A stretch of 32,000 nucleotides of DNA from Candidatus Caldarchaeales archaeon (GCA_032249095.1 JAVVGN010000002.1:2048-34047), one strand, 5' to 3'; counted from the stretch's first letter, positions 1 to 8,218 are shown. Made by a program: numbers and translations. The notes: a model not told the origin generated them from the sequence alone.

Positions 1-281
1 ATCCCGACCAGCACGCCTAGTGAGAGAAAGAAATAGGCGACCTGCCTAGCTATGACGAAGCGCGTATCTATCGTTGGGGTCGGAATCTTCAGCTTAAAGG
101 CGTTGACAATCTCTATCCTAGGCAACGAGATAAGAATGTCCAGCGAGATGCTCGCAGAGACAACGAGGGCGAAGAACAGAAACGCTATAGATGCTCTAGG
201 GTTTTCAGCAATCTCCTCCAAGATTCTTCTCGGCCTATAGATTATCTTCACAGGCCTTGCAACAGCGGCGGTAAAAGACAT
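1..281 (-). CDS. hypothetical membrane protein, N-terminal part only (ORF runs off the left edge)
   Basis: Not in the supplied track because there is no stop in the window. Minus-strand ATG at 281-279 lies 12 nt downstream of the stop of the 1561-aa ORF, and the frame is open to position 1. My translation MSFTAAVARPVKIIYRPRRILEEIAENPRASIAFLFFALVVSASISLDILISLPRIEIVNAF... includes a clear hydrophobic helix. It competes with the + strand ORF 52..240. Confidence 0.4.
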   Translation of the reverse strand, partial: MSFTAAVARPVKIIYRPRRILEEIAENPRASIAFLFFALVVSASISLDILISLPRIEIVNAFKLKIPTPTIDTRFVIARQVAYFFLSLGVLVG

Positions 282-293
282 TCTCTGAGCCCC

Positions 294-3200
294 CTAGCTG
301 CTCCCCCTCGAGTGCTGAGACGCTATGAGGGGACGGGCAGCCTCCACGTACTTTGACCTCTCCTCCGCAGATATAGCCCTCCAGATCAGTACTTGTTTCC
401 TCAGGTCGTCGGCGAAGAAGTAGGACTGAACGGCCCAGAGCGAGTCGGAGCCACTCGTCTTACTCATGACGAGGTCGAACAGGTACCGCTTCGACGACTC
501 GTCGTACTGCGAGATTATCTCCACGTTCTGGTTGATTCCCTGCTCGTAGGGGGCCAGGGAAACGGCGAGCTCGAGGTGCAGGAGCCCGTCATCGGTGATG
601 ACCGGTGGGTTGACTGCCCTGACTCTAAAGTTGGGCTTCTCCGCCCCGGCGCCCTGGTAGTATTCATGGAGGAAGTACGTGAATGCGGCTGCCTCCTCGA
701 AGGTATCTACGCTCAGGGGCAGCGGCATCCTCCAAACCCCCTCCCGAGGCCTCGTCGGCGGCTTCCACCGCCTCTCCAGGGAGGGGGTCACCAGCATGGC
801 CGCTATTCTGGACGGGTAGATCGACGCTAGTAGGGCGGCGATAATCACTACTCCGAGGGACAGCATGATGAAGATCGAGGCGTAGTTAAGTGTGTAGGCC
901 TGCGGCAGGATACCTATATCTATGAAGAGTCTGTTGAGGAAGAAGCCAAACAAGTATCCGACTAGTGCTCCGAGGGACGCGTAGACTGCTGACTCGACGA
1001 GGAAGAGGAAGCTGGAGCCGAGCGGCGGGAGGCCAAGCACGGAGTAGACGGCTATCTCCCTCTTCCTCTCTACGACGCTTCCCATAAGGTTGATGACCGT
1101 GTTGAGGGCGCCGATTACTATCAGGGCGGGCACGATCTCCCAGCCCACCGCCTTGAAGCTGGAGACCCTTGACGCCCTGTATGTGGTCCCCCTCTCCCCC
1201 ACGTAGACAGCCAGGTCCGTGGCCATGGCTAGGTCGCTTGACAGGGATCGGAGGTCGCTTGGGGATGTGTTAGGTCCTGGGTAGATGTTGTATGAGGCCA
1301 CATAGCCTCCCAGCTGCGTGACTATGCCGAAGGGAGCTACTACAAGCCTGTCCCAGGGTAGGGGCGGAGGTGTCTGCTGGGTCGGGATGGTGGCGCCAAA
1401 CGCCACCGAGCCAACATAGTAGGGGTTGATCGGGGCCATGGAGAACCCGCTTATCTCTCGGAGAGCCTCAGCCTCCTGCGACGAGAAGATCCCGACCACC
1501 CTGAATCGAAGCCCCATCATGTAGACATCGTCTCCTACCCGGAGCTGAAGCGCGTCAGCCATCGCGTCCGGCACTATTATCTCGTACGAATGTAAGTCGC
1601 TGAATGTGGAGCCAGCCTTAATTACGCGCGACAGGACCATTTGCGCATCCTGTGGGGTGAGGCCAAGCACTGCGTGGATGTTGTAAGATGACTCGCGGAG
1701 CGGGTTCTTGCTCACAGATAGGACCGGCCCGATGTTTGGATATATCGAGGCTGGGTATAACCAGGCGCGTGGAGCAACTATCATCCCCCGCTGCTCGTAG
1801 GCCTTCAACGCCTCCATACCCTCGACACCCATAACCCCGCCCACCGGAATAGCGTATCCTATCCGCACTGAGACGCCGTCCATCGGCGCCTCCTGCGGGA
1901 TGGTTGGGAACATCACGTCGACCGACGGAGCCACGGAGGTAAAGACCGACAGGCCGAGCGTGACCCCTACTATGGACCCGAGGACGAGGGCGGTTCTTAG
2001 ACGGCGCCGCCTCATGTTCTCAAGAGCCGTGTTGTAGGCCACAGCCGCGATGCCTACCCTGCCCATCTCCATGACGTGCGACCCTAGGAGTCGATACGAT
2101 ATGCTCCTCCTGACCCTCTCCACCTCGTTTCCTAGGACCGAGATGACGATAAGGTAAAGTATGATTGTCAGGAGGCCGAAGACGGCCATTATAGCGGTGC
2201 TCATGACTGTGAAGGCTGGATGGACTAAGGTGAAGAGGAGGAAGAAGATGCCGCCGACAAGCGCTATGAATAGGAGCCTTCTACGCCCCTCGCTGTGTAC
2301 CAAGAGCCTCTCAGTGAAGACGCTGCTTATGACGACTAGGGTGATGAAGAAGAGGCTGGTGGATGAGGAGTCGTTAATGAGACCCATAACCTCGTTATAC
2401 GCCCTGTAGGCCCATCCCCAAGCCAAGATAGAGTAGGACTGGAATAGGGAGTACTTCTTCTCCCTGAGAGCCTCCTCGGCCAGCGACAGATACTTCTCCG
2501 CATGCTCGAGCTTCTGCTCCACACTCAGGGTCCTTACACTCCCTCTGCTCAGAGATTCGTACCTGTGCTTGCTTATGCTGTACATGTCGAGCGCTATCCG
2601 ATATGCAGTATGGTGCAGCGTTGTCTCTCTCCTCGGCGAGAACCCGACACCCTCCATCTTCTCCGAGGTCGAGTTGACGAGCGCTATGTAGGGGACCCTG
2701 GATAGCGCCACGCCAGTCCCTCCAAGCCTCCCAAGAACCATGAAGATATCGCCCGGCTGTGTGAAAACCACGCCGACAGGCTCGTACATGTTGAAGTAAA
2801 CGCCGTAGAACAATAGGTCGCCTTTAATGATGAAGTTTAGGGGTACTACGGAGGCGCCGCTCGTGTGGTACCAGCCTCCCCCAAGCCCGGCCTGCCCACC
2901 GGTTGTGACTGTGGCCCATCCTGGGAGGTGTGGATCGGGGACCAGGGCACTCCTGAAGTTTGTGAGGTCTATCAGGTCGAACAGCTGTGTGGGAATAGCC
3001 CTGAAAACAACTACGGATACTTCGTCGAATGGGGCGAGAGGCGAGACGGTGGGCACGATGGATCTCGCGCCATAGATTCCGAGGTCAGGCGCATAGATTA
3101 TCTCGCCGGTTTCCTCGCTGAAGCCCCACGCCTCTACGAAGTATCTGCTACCTGGGACAAACGGGTATGGGACGAGACCCTTTACCGTGAAGTAGCCGTT

Positions 3201-4979
3201 CTCGTCGGCGAACGTCATCATCTTATTGAACGGGTAGGGAAGGGGCCAGTAGCCGGAGCTTAGACCCAGACCCACAGCGGTTCCTCCACCCGGCCCATAC
3301 ACGACCGATGCTGTGGGAGTGAAGCCTACATAGATTCTCACCAAGAGGTTTGGTACTGGTCGGTACCAGCCCACCGACGCATTATACGTCGTTACACGCC
3401 CCCTAAGCTCTATAAAGCCCGCGTACTCTGCGAAACCCCCGGGCTGTACAAACACTCTGGCTGGGGAGACGCTCTGCCAGCTGATTCCAAGCTCGTTCTC
3501 ATTGAGGAACGAGTCTATGATGTGCGCGATAGCATACATCTGCGGCTTTAGGGATGGGATATCCACTAGAGCTAGGTCATTTACGGGCGTTCCGATCCAG
3601 TATCTGGACGTCTGGGCCGAGTGTATTGTGAAAGCTATGCCCCTGGTCTGCTCGGCTGGCTCGGTATCAAGCATGTAGGGATACTGCTGTGACCCCCAAT
3701 ACATACCGTTTGTGAAGAATTCTGCGATGAATGAGGTAGGCTCGACACCAACCATTTTCCGGAGATTGTCAACGAAGCCTGGATCATGAATGTAGTTTGT
3801 GAATATCTGCTTCCTCACCCACGCGTATCTAACAGTTATTCCTCCGGCGTTGCTTGTAGTCGCGTAGAGGCTTAGGGCGCTTCCCCTAACCAAGTCGAGA
3901 CCAACCCCACGTGGATCTAGGTCCCCTATCCCTATCATCATCATCGGCCTAAACTTCCCTCTATCCACCTCGGCGGAGAAGTAGAACCTGTCCACGAAAC
4001 TTCTGGGCCCCTCGAGTCCTTGCCAATGCCCGCTGAAGAATACGAACCAGGTGTTCCAGAGAGGCCTATTGGCCGAGAAGTATTTCGCGAGCTCTAGGAG
4101 TAGGGAGGGCGCAACCGCCTCCATGGCGCCCGGCGAGAGGGCTGGCACGGCAGACCAGCTATCAAAGCGCGCGGCTAGAAGAATGGCCTCAGACCTATCA
4201 GCATTCCTTCCCTCGAGGACGCCAATCACGTTGTACGCGGTCTTCTCTACATACCGCATATTGACGTGGACCGTGGCCCCCGCACCACTCTCAGCCAGAC
4301 CGATGAGTTTCTCACCGACAGCTCTATCCACGTAGAGCCTCGGAAAGTTGATCGGCGCGTCTACGAACTTTTTGATCGATTCTTGATAGGGGGGTACCGT
4401 GGGGGGCGCTATGAATACGACGGCTCTAGCTCCCAGCTTGGCCGCATTTATCCAGTTAGATCCGCTCATATAGTCCATCAGAACTATCGCATTTTCGACC
4501 TCCTTTCCATCGAAGTTCTCTAGGTCCCCTCTACCTACATAGATGAGGTGGCCTGAAACACCTTCCGCTGTGGTTCTCGAGACCTGTACACCGTTGGGCC
4601 ATACTGCAAAGGCTTCAAGCCTAGACTTCTCGCCGTCAAGCTCCACTTCTATCCAAGAGCCGAGGTCTATCGGAACAACTACACTATAGTTATGTATGAT
4701 CACCCTAAGCCCCATCGCCTTCAGCCTCTCAGCGATGTAGTTGGCCGCCTCGTAGTGTCCCTGATAACCCGTGACCCTACTACCTAGTCCGCTGAGATAC
4801 TTGATGTGAATCATAATGGCTTCTTGGTCGATGGCGTCGGGCCCTATCCTCGCGGCCGTGGCCTGCTGCCCCATTGTGGTGGGTGTGAGGAGCGAGAAGG
4901 CGGCGGAGGCCAGTAGCAATACTGATAGCGCGTATACGATTAGTGGTGCGGAGGCCTCCTTCTCTCTGCGCGTGAGCAT
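294..4979 (-). CDS. giant multidomain membrane protein: signal anchor + PA/M28-like ectodomain (apparently non-catalytic) + beta-sandwich region + MacB/FtsX-type permease module + C-terminal cytoplasmic domain
   Basis: 1561-aa ORF. The N-terminal hydrophobic anchor is APLIVYALSVLLLASAAFSLL. A PA-like segment (GHLIYVGRGDLENFDGKEVENAIVLMDY..AAKLGARAVVFIAP) is followed by an M28-like core (NVIGVLEGRN..ILLAARFDSW..SPGAMEAVAPSLLLELAKYF..FVFFSGHWQGLEGPRSFV). There is a carboxypeptidase-regulatory-like motif (DENGYFTVKGLVP). A MacB-like TM1 (RRRLRTALVLGSIVGVTLGLSVF) is followed by an extracytoplasmic domain and an FtsX signature (VERKREIAVYSVLGLPPLGSSFLFLVESAVYASLGALVGYLFG). Confidence 0.8.
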   Translation of the reverse strand: MLTRREKEASAPLIVYALSVLLLASAAFSLLTPTTMGQQATAARIGPDAIDQEAIMIHIKYLSGLGSRVTGYQGHYEAANYIAERLKAMGLRVIIHNYSVVVPIDLGSWIEVELDGEKSRLEAFAVWPNGVQVSRTTAEGVSGHLIYVGRGDLENFDGKEVENAIVLMDYMSGSNWINAAKLGARAVVFIAPPTVPPYQESIKKFVDAPINFPRLYVDRAVGEKLIGLAESGAGATVHVNMRYVEKTAYNVIGVLEGRNADRSEAILLAARFDSWSAVPALSPGAMEAVAPSLLLELAKYFSANRPLWNTWFVFFSGHWQGLEGPRSFVDRFYFSAEVDRGKFRPMMMIGIGDLDPRGVGLDLVRGSALSLYATTSNAGGITVRYAWVRKQIFTNYIHDPGFVDNLRKMVGVEPTSFIAEFFTNGMYWGSQQYPYMLDTEPAEQTRGIAFTIHSAQTSRYWIGTPVNDLALVDIPSLKPQMYAIAHIIDSFLNENELGISWQSVSPARVFVQPGGFAEYAGFIELRGRVTTYNASVGWYRPVPNLLVRIYVGFTPTASVVYGPGGGTAVGLGLSSGYWPLPYPFNKMMTFADENGYFTVKGLVPYPFVPGSRYFVEAWGFSEETGEIIYAPDLGIYGARSIVPTVSPLAPFDEVSVVVFRAIPTQLFDLIDLTNFRSALVPDPHLPGWATVTTGGQAGLGGGWYHTSGASVVPLNFIIKGDLLFYGVYFNMYEPVGVVFTQPGDIFMVLGRLGGTGVALSRVPYIALVNSTSEKMEGVGFSPRRETTLHHTAYRIALDMYSISKHRYESLSRGSVRTLSVEQKLEHAEKYLSLAEEALREKKYSLFQSYSILAWGWAYRAYNEVMGLINDSSSTSLFFITLVVISSVFTERLLVHSEGRRRLLFIALVGGIFFLLFTLVHPAFTVMSTAIMAVFGLLTIILYLIVISVLGNEVERVRRSISYRLLGSHVMEMGRVGIAAVAYNTALENMRRRRLRTALVLGSIVGVTLGLSVFTSVAPSVDVMFPTIPQEAPMDGVSVRIGYAIPVGGVMGVEGMEALKAYEQRGMIVAPRAWLYPASIYPNIGPVLSVSKNPLRESSYNIHAVLGLTPQDAQMVLSRVIKAGSTFSDLHSYEIIVPDAMADALQLRVGDDVYMMGLRFRVVGIFSSQEAEALREISGFSMAPINPYYVGSVAFGATIPTQQTPPPLPWDRLVVAPFGIVTQLGGYVASYNIYPGPNTSPSDLRSLSSDLAMATDLAVYVGERGTTYRASRVSSFKAVGWEIVPALIVIGALNTVINLMGSVVERKREIAVYSVLGLPPLGSSFLFLVESAVYASLGALVGYLFGFFLNRLFIDIGILPQAYTLNYASIFIMLSLGVVIIAALLASIYPSRIAAMLVTPSLERRWKPPTRPREGVWRMPLPLSVDTFEEAAAFTYFLHEYYQGAGAEKPNFRVRAVNPPVITDDGLLHLELAVSLAPYEQGINQNVEIISQYDESSKRYLFDLVMSKTSGSDSLWAVQSYFFADDLRKQVLIWRAISAEERSKYVEAARPLIASQHSRGSS

Positions 4980-5346
4980 TTAGTTTACCCACTAATCCAC
5001 GCGTTGAGGTGCTTATCAATCTTTTCACGTACTGGGACCTTAGTCCCTTGATCTTACTCTCTCCGAAAAGCACTTTGAGTGGCGTGAGTAGCCTCAGCGC
5101 GAGGTTCTCGGCTATAACCGAGCTAGACAGGTCCTTCAGGAGGAGGTTATAGGTGGTGATGATTGTCCTTACGTTGTCTCTCTGCTGTATTCTGATGTAG
5201 TCTCGCTCAGAATCATGTAAAACGAGCCGTTCATATATTATGTTGCCCCAAGCTCTGACCGGGTACTCGAAGGCCGCGACCTCCCGCCCTAAAGCAGCAT
5301 CGCCTAGCCCCAGCGCCGCGCCGGAACGAGCCAATCCACTCTCCAC
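4780..5346 (-). CDS. hypothetical protein; 3' end uncertain because the last ~200 nt overlap the start of the 1561-aa ORF out of frame
   Basis: ATG at 5346 has a TATA-like box (TTTTATAA, 5372-5379) 26-33 nt upstream, which fits a leaderless-type start. The first ~120 residues look protein-like (EYPVRAWGNIIYERLVLHDSERDYIRIQQRDNVRTIITTYNLLLKDL...). The overlapping tail is Arg/His-rich and looks like off-frame sequence. No family recognised. Confidence 0.3.
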   Translation of the reverse strand: MESGLARSGAALGLGDAALGREVAAFEYPVRAWGNIIYERLVLHDSERDYIRIQQRDNVRTIITTYNLLLKDLSSSVIAENLALRLLTPLKVLFGESKIKGLRSQYVKRLISTSTRGLVGKLNAHAQREGGLRTTNRIRAISIATGLRRLLAPHTHHNGAAGHGREDRARRHRPRSHYDSHQVSQRTR

Positions 5347-5371
5347 ACCTGTTCTAAGTTAGGTCTCAGTC

Positions 5372-5379
5372 TTTTATAA
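5372..5379 (-). promoter_or_regulatory. TATA-like box for ORF starting at 5346
   Basis: Minus-strand GTTATAAAAG lies 26-33 nt upstream of the ATG at 5346, the typical archaeal TATA-to-start distance for leaderless mRNAs. Confidence 0.35.
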
Positions 5380-5781
5380 CACTACGCGCGAAGGGGATTA
5401 ATAGAGAGAGATTTTGGTCGTTTGTTAGTCTGGCCTTGGAAATCCGTATAGTGTTGTCTGTCCTTTTCCCCTGAATATTACCTCGTTTCCCCAGCATTTC
5501 TCTTGGGAGTATTAGTCCCTTTGATGCTTTATGTATCCTAGTGGTAGTTCTTTGGCTCCCTCTATGAGGTATAGAATGTTTCCATCCATTTGTAGGTTTT
5601 TCTATTTGTATTTTATTGCCCAGTACTGTTTGCTGTAGAGTATCTTGACTATTATCTTCTTGAACCCTCTACTCTCTCTATTCTTCTCAGGACGGGGTTT
5701 GGAGTGATTCTTATGAACGGTTTGTCCAGCTCTTAGTGAGTGCAGGGTTGGTGATGGCCCGACTATTGAGGCCACTATTCC

Positions 5782-5787
5782 TTATAT
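5782..5787 (+). promoter_or_regulatory. TATA-like box inside element copy 1 (conserved block)
   Basis: CCTTATATGCGG aligns with CTTTATATGTGG (copy 2) and CTTTATAGGTGG (copy 3) within a block conserved in all three copies. Orientation cannot be fixed from sequence alone because the box is quasi-palindromic. Confidence 0.3.
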
Positions 5788-5811
5788 GCGGTGCTGGTGG
5801 AGGGTCTTATC

Positions 5812-6117
5812 CGAGCAGGTGATGCGGATGTGGTTGGTGGTGACTGATTCGGGGATCGAGGTGGGGAGGGTTCTGAACATTACTCCGACCCCAGACGGAG
5901 TCGTGATTGTGCAGAACGTGTAGGATGGCAGGCTGAGGACATGGATGATACCCTCCATCGCGACGCTTAGGTGTCTGATATACGAGGCGACGGTTGGAGA
6001 GACGCCGCCGAGAATCTACCACCAACTTAACTCAATGGTCCTAGAGAGGGAGTAGATAGAGAGGTTCCACATAGTTGCGAGGCCATACGAGATAAAGACA
6101 CAGAATGAGGGGTGTAG
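5812..6117 (+). ncRNA. candidate structured leader / guide-type RNA of element copy 1
   Basis: G-rich sequence downstream of the conserved TATA block. No reading frame is conserved between copies. A long-range helix pairs GTTGGTGGT (5833-5841) with ACCACCAAC (6018-6026). The 3' block GGTTCCACATAGTTGCGAGGCCATACGAGATAAAGACACAG is shared with copies 2 and 3. Confidence 0.3.
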
Positions 6118-6962
6118 TGGGCGGAGAGATGCCTGCCGCTGGCGCTTCGGATCAAGCTGTACAATGATGTTGTTGCCCTTCGGAGACGCGGTCTGACATA
6201 TAGAGGGATCATCGGGGAGATCTATCGAAGATACGGAGTCAGGATATCTGAGTCGTCGATAAGCGAGTGGCTACGCGGGGTGCATAACCCATACAACGGA
6301 AGAAGGATATCTTCGCTAGAACTGTTGAAGCCCTCTGAGGAGTTGGCGTACGTGATAGGTGTGAAGGTCGGTGACGGATACACTTATAGGAGAAGACGCA
6401 CCATCAAAGGCTACAATGACGTAAAAATAGGTCTTAAGGCTAGGGATGGGAGTTTGTCGAGGAGTTCGCTAGGTGTCTTGCAAAGGTTCTGGGCAGGAAA
6501 CAAATAAGGCCGAGATTTAGGGATGACGTAGGAAAATATGTCGTTGAAGTTAAGTCGAAGACGCTCTACGAGCTTCTGAAAAAGCCGGTAGACCTCCACA
6601 GACTGAAGAAATATATTGAGCATTGCGAGAAGTGCGTTGCGGCTTTCATCAGGGGCTTCGCGGACTCGGAAGGAAGTGTTGACAAGAATGGACACATATT
6701 TATCCTCAACACCGACCAGAGACTACCCATATATGTTAAGGAGCTTCTTAGGAGACTTGGCATAGAGTCAACGGGGCCAAGAATTCATGTCCGGCGAGGA
6801 ACTATATTCTATGATCCTAGGACGGGGAAGAAATACACACATGACAAGGATGTATATGTGATCTATGTTCGAGCCAGCAGTAATATGAGCTTCTACAGAT
6901 AGGTGGGCTTCACTATTAGGAGGAAGCAGATACGGCTAGAAAGCTACATCAAGAGAAGCACT
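6118..6962 (+). pseudogene. LAGLIDADG-type endonuclease with N-terminal HTH-like segment, disrupted
   Basis: Two LAGLIDADG motifs are present: ELAYVIGVKVGDGYTY (frame 1) and VAAFIRGFADSEGSV (frame 3). The HTH-like N-terminus reads LRIKLYNDVVALRRRGLTYRGIIGEIYRRYGVRISESSISEWL. Lesions: no canonical start in frame after the stop at 6115-6117, a frameshift near 6447-6450 (DG|EFVEEFARCLAKVLG continues in another frame), and an in-frame TAG at 6900-6902 followed by protein-like VGFTIRRKQIRLESYIKR. Confidence 0.7.
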
Positions 6963-7144
6963 AGAAAACTTACCCCTCCCCCAACCATTTCTCCCCATTC
7001 AACATCCTCAAAATAATAACTAATATGGGGCCCGGCGGGTCTAGACATGTTCCTAAACTTCGCGTGAGAGGTGAGGCTCGAGGGGCCTGCATCGCTCCTG
7101 CCAAAGCTTTTATGTTGCGAGAAGGCGGCTAAATCCGAGGGAGC

Positions 7145-8218
7145 TTGAGGGAATTCAGAGTAGGGATTATAGGTTGTGGAGGGATCGCGCAGAACGTACA
7201 CATTCCTGGATACCAGAAGCTAGAGAGTGTTAAGGTCGTGGCCTGCTGCGACGTGGTTGAGTCCGTCGCCATGAAGGCGGCCGAGAAGTTTGGGATACCT
7301 CGCTACTACACGGACTACTCGAAGATGCTGGAGCGAGAGAAGCTTGACGCCGTAAGCGTATGCACACCAAACGCACTGCACAAGGAGCCTACGATCCTGG
7401 CCCTCGAGAGCGGTGCCCACGTGCTCGTTGAGAAGCCCATAGCAACGAGTGCCGAGGAAGGCGCCGCGATGGTTCGCGCGGCTAAGAAGGCTGGCAGAAT
7501 ACTGATCGTGGGGTTCCAGGAGAGGTTCAACCCCTACGGGATGGTGATTAAGAGGTTCGTGGAGAACGGCGATATCGGTTGGATCTACTATAACAAGGCA
7601 GTCTATCTGAGGCGGAGAGGCGTCCCAACGTGGGGGGCGTTCTTGGATAAGAAACTCCAGGGGGGAGGAGCCCTCATAGATATCGGGGTTCACGCCCTAG
7701 ACTTGGCGATGTATCTCCAAGGATTTAAGAAGCCCGTGAGCGTGTTGGGGAAGGTCTATACCCTGTTCGGAAAAAGCGAGGAGGCGGCTCAGGCCAACGC
7801 TTGGGGGCCATGGGACCCATCCAAGTTCGAGGTAGACGACAACGCGCTGGGGGTGGTGAATATGGAGGACGGCTCAACTCTCATACTGGAGGTCTCTTGG
7901 GCGAGCCATCTAAAGTCGACCGGCTCCTTCAACGTTATTCTCCGGGGCACCAAGGGTGGGGCCCAGCTCGACCCCCTCGAGATCTACATGGATAAGAACG
8001 GTGTCGCGGCCGACGTAACACCAATCCTTCACGGAAAGAAGCCCGACTGGAGGGAGCAGTCATACATGAAGATTCAGAGGTTCATAGAGTCGATTATTGC
8101 TGAGAAGCCCCTCTACGCCCCTGGGGAGGAGGGCGTGATCGTCCAGGCGATCATCGACGCGATCTACAAGTCCTCGCAGACGGGTAGGGTCGAGCCCGTG
8201 AACATACCTCCAATGTGA
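7145..8218 (+). CDS. Gfo/Idh/MocA family NAD(P)-dependent oxidoreductase
   Basis: The N-terminal Rossmann motif is FRVGIIGCGGIAQNVHIPGY. The EKP motif is present (VLVEKPIATSAEE). The C-terminal alpha/beta domain is typical of the family. TTG start. Confidence 0.85.
   Translation: MREFRVGIIGCGGIAQNVHIPGYQKLESVKVVACCDVVESVAMKAAEKFGIPRYYTDYSKMLEREKLDAVSVCTPNALHKEPTILALESGAHVLVEKPIATSAEEGAAMVRAAKKAGRILIVGFQERFNPYGMVIKRFVENGDIGWIYYNKAVYLRRRGVPTWGAFLDKKLQGGGALIDIGVHALDLAMYLQGFKKPVSVLGKVYTLFGKSEEAAQANAWGPWDPSKFEVDDNALGVVNMEDGSTLILEVSWASHLKSTGSFNVILRGTKGGAQLDPLEIYMDKNGVAADVTPILHGKKPDWREQSYMKIQRFIESIIAEKPLYAPGEEGVIVQAIIDAIYKSSQTGRVEPVNIPPM

Larger units (their letters stand above)
5442..6996 (+). mobile_element. 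IS110-like repeat family, copy 1: same non-coding chassis as copy 2 but carrying a decayed LAGLIDADG gene instead of the recombinase
   Basis: The first 46 nt (ATCCGTATAGTGTTGTCTGTCCTTTTCCCCTGAATATTACCTCGTT, 5442-5487) are identical to 11112-11157. Further blocks are shared with copy 2: 5489-5560 matches 11262-11335, the TATA block 5765-5830 matches 11361-11420, and the leader 3' block 6056-6113 matches 11555-11612. The right-end motif ACCCCTCCCCC + TTTCTCCCC lies at 6972-6996. There are no terminal inverted repeats. Confidence 0.55.

Noticed and set aside
52-240. Plus-strand 62-aa ORF at the left edge.
   Set aside because: It is overlapped by a better-supported minus-strand ORF (1..281) that is positioned as an operon partner of the giant gene.
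5472-5482. Outward-facing TATA-like TAATATT on the minus strand of the left end, which might drive the neighbouring divergent genes.
   Set aside because: It is present in copies 1 and 2 but not conserved in copy 3 (GTCACATTCAT). Each neighbouring gene also has its own better-placed TATA-like box.
5819-5850. C/D-box-like elements in the leader (GTGATGC ... CTGA in copy 1).
   Set aside because: The C-box is imperfect in all copies, the CTGA is TTGA in copy 2 and absent in copy 3, and no C'/D' pair or terminal stem is evident.
5818-5920. Short plus-strand peptide in the leader (copy 1 MRMWLVVTDSGIEVGRVLNITPTPDGVVIVQNV; copy 2 MGMEREKMVVIDSGIEMAHI).
   Set aside because: Only about 9 residues are shared. 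Lengths and ends differ, substitutions elsewhere in the region are mostly non-synonymous, and the segment is deleted in copy 3.
5807-6212. Minus-strand ORFs inside the element leaders (5807..6025, 6027..6212 and 11304..11600). They share peptide stretches such as SLSRMASxLCGTSLS.
   Set aside because: The shared peptides only reflect DNA conservation. The reading frames break at different places in the two copies, the products are His/Pro/Ser-rich low-complexity sequence, and copy 3 lacks most of the region. I treat it as non-coding.
6973-6982. CCCCTCCCCC tracts at the right ends considered as G-quadruplex/i-motif elements.
   Set aside because: Each site has only two C/G runs, which is insufficient for an intramolecular quadruplex. 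They are better explained as a conserved terminal motif of the repeat family.
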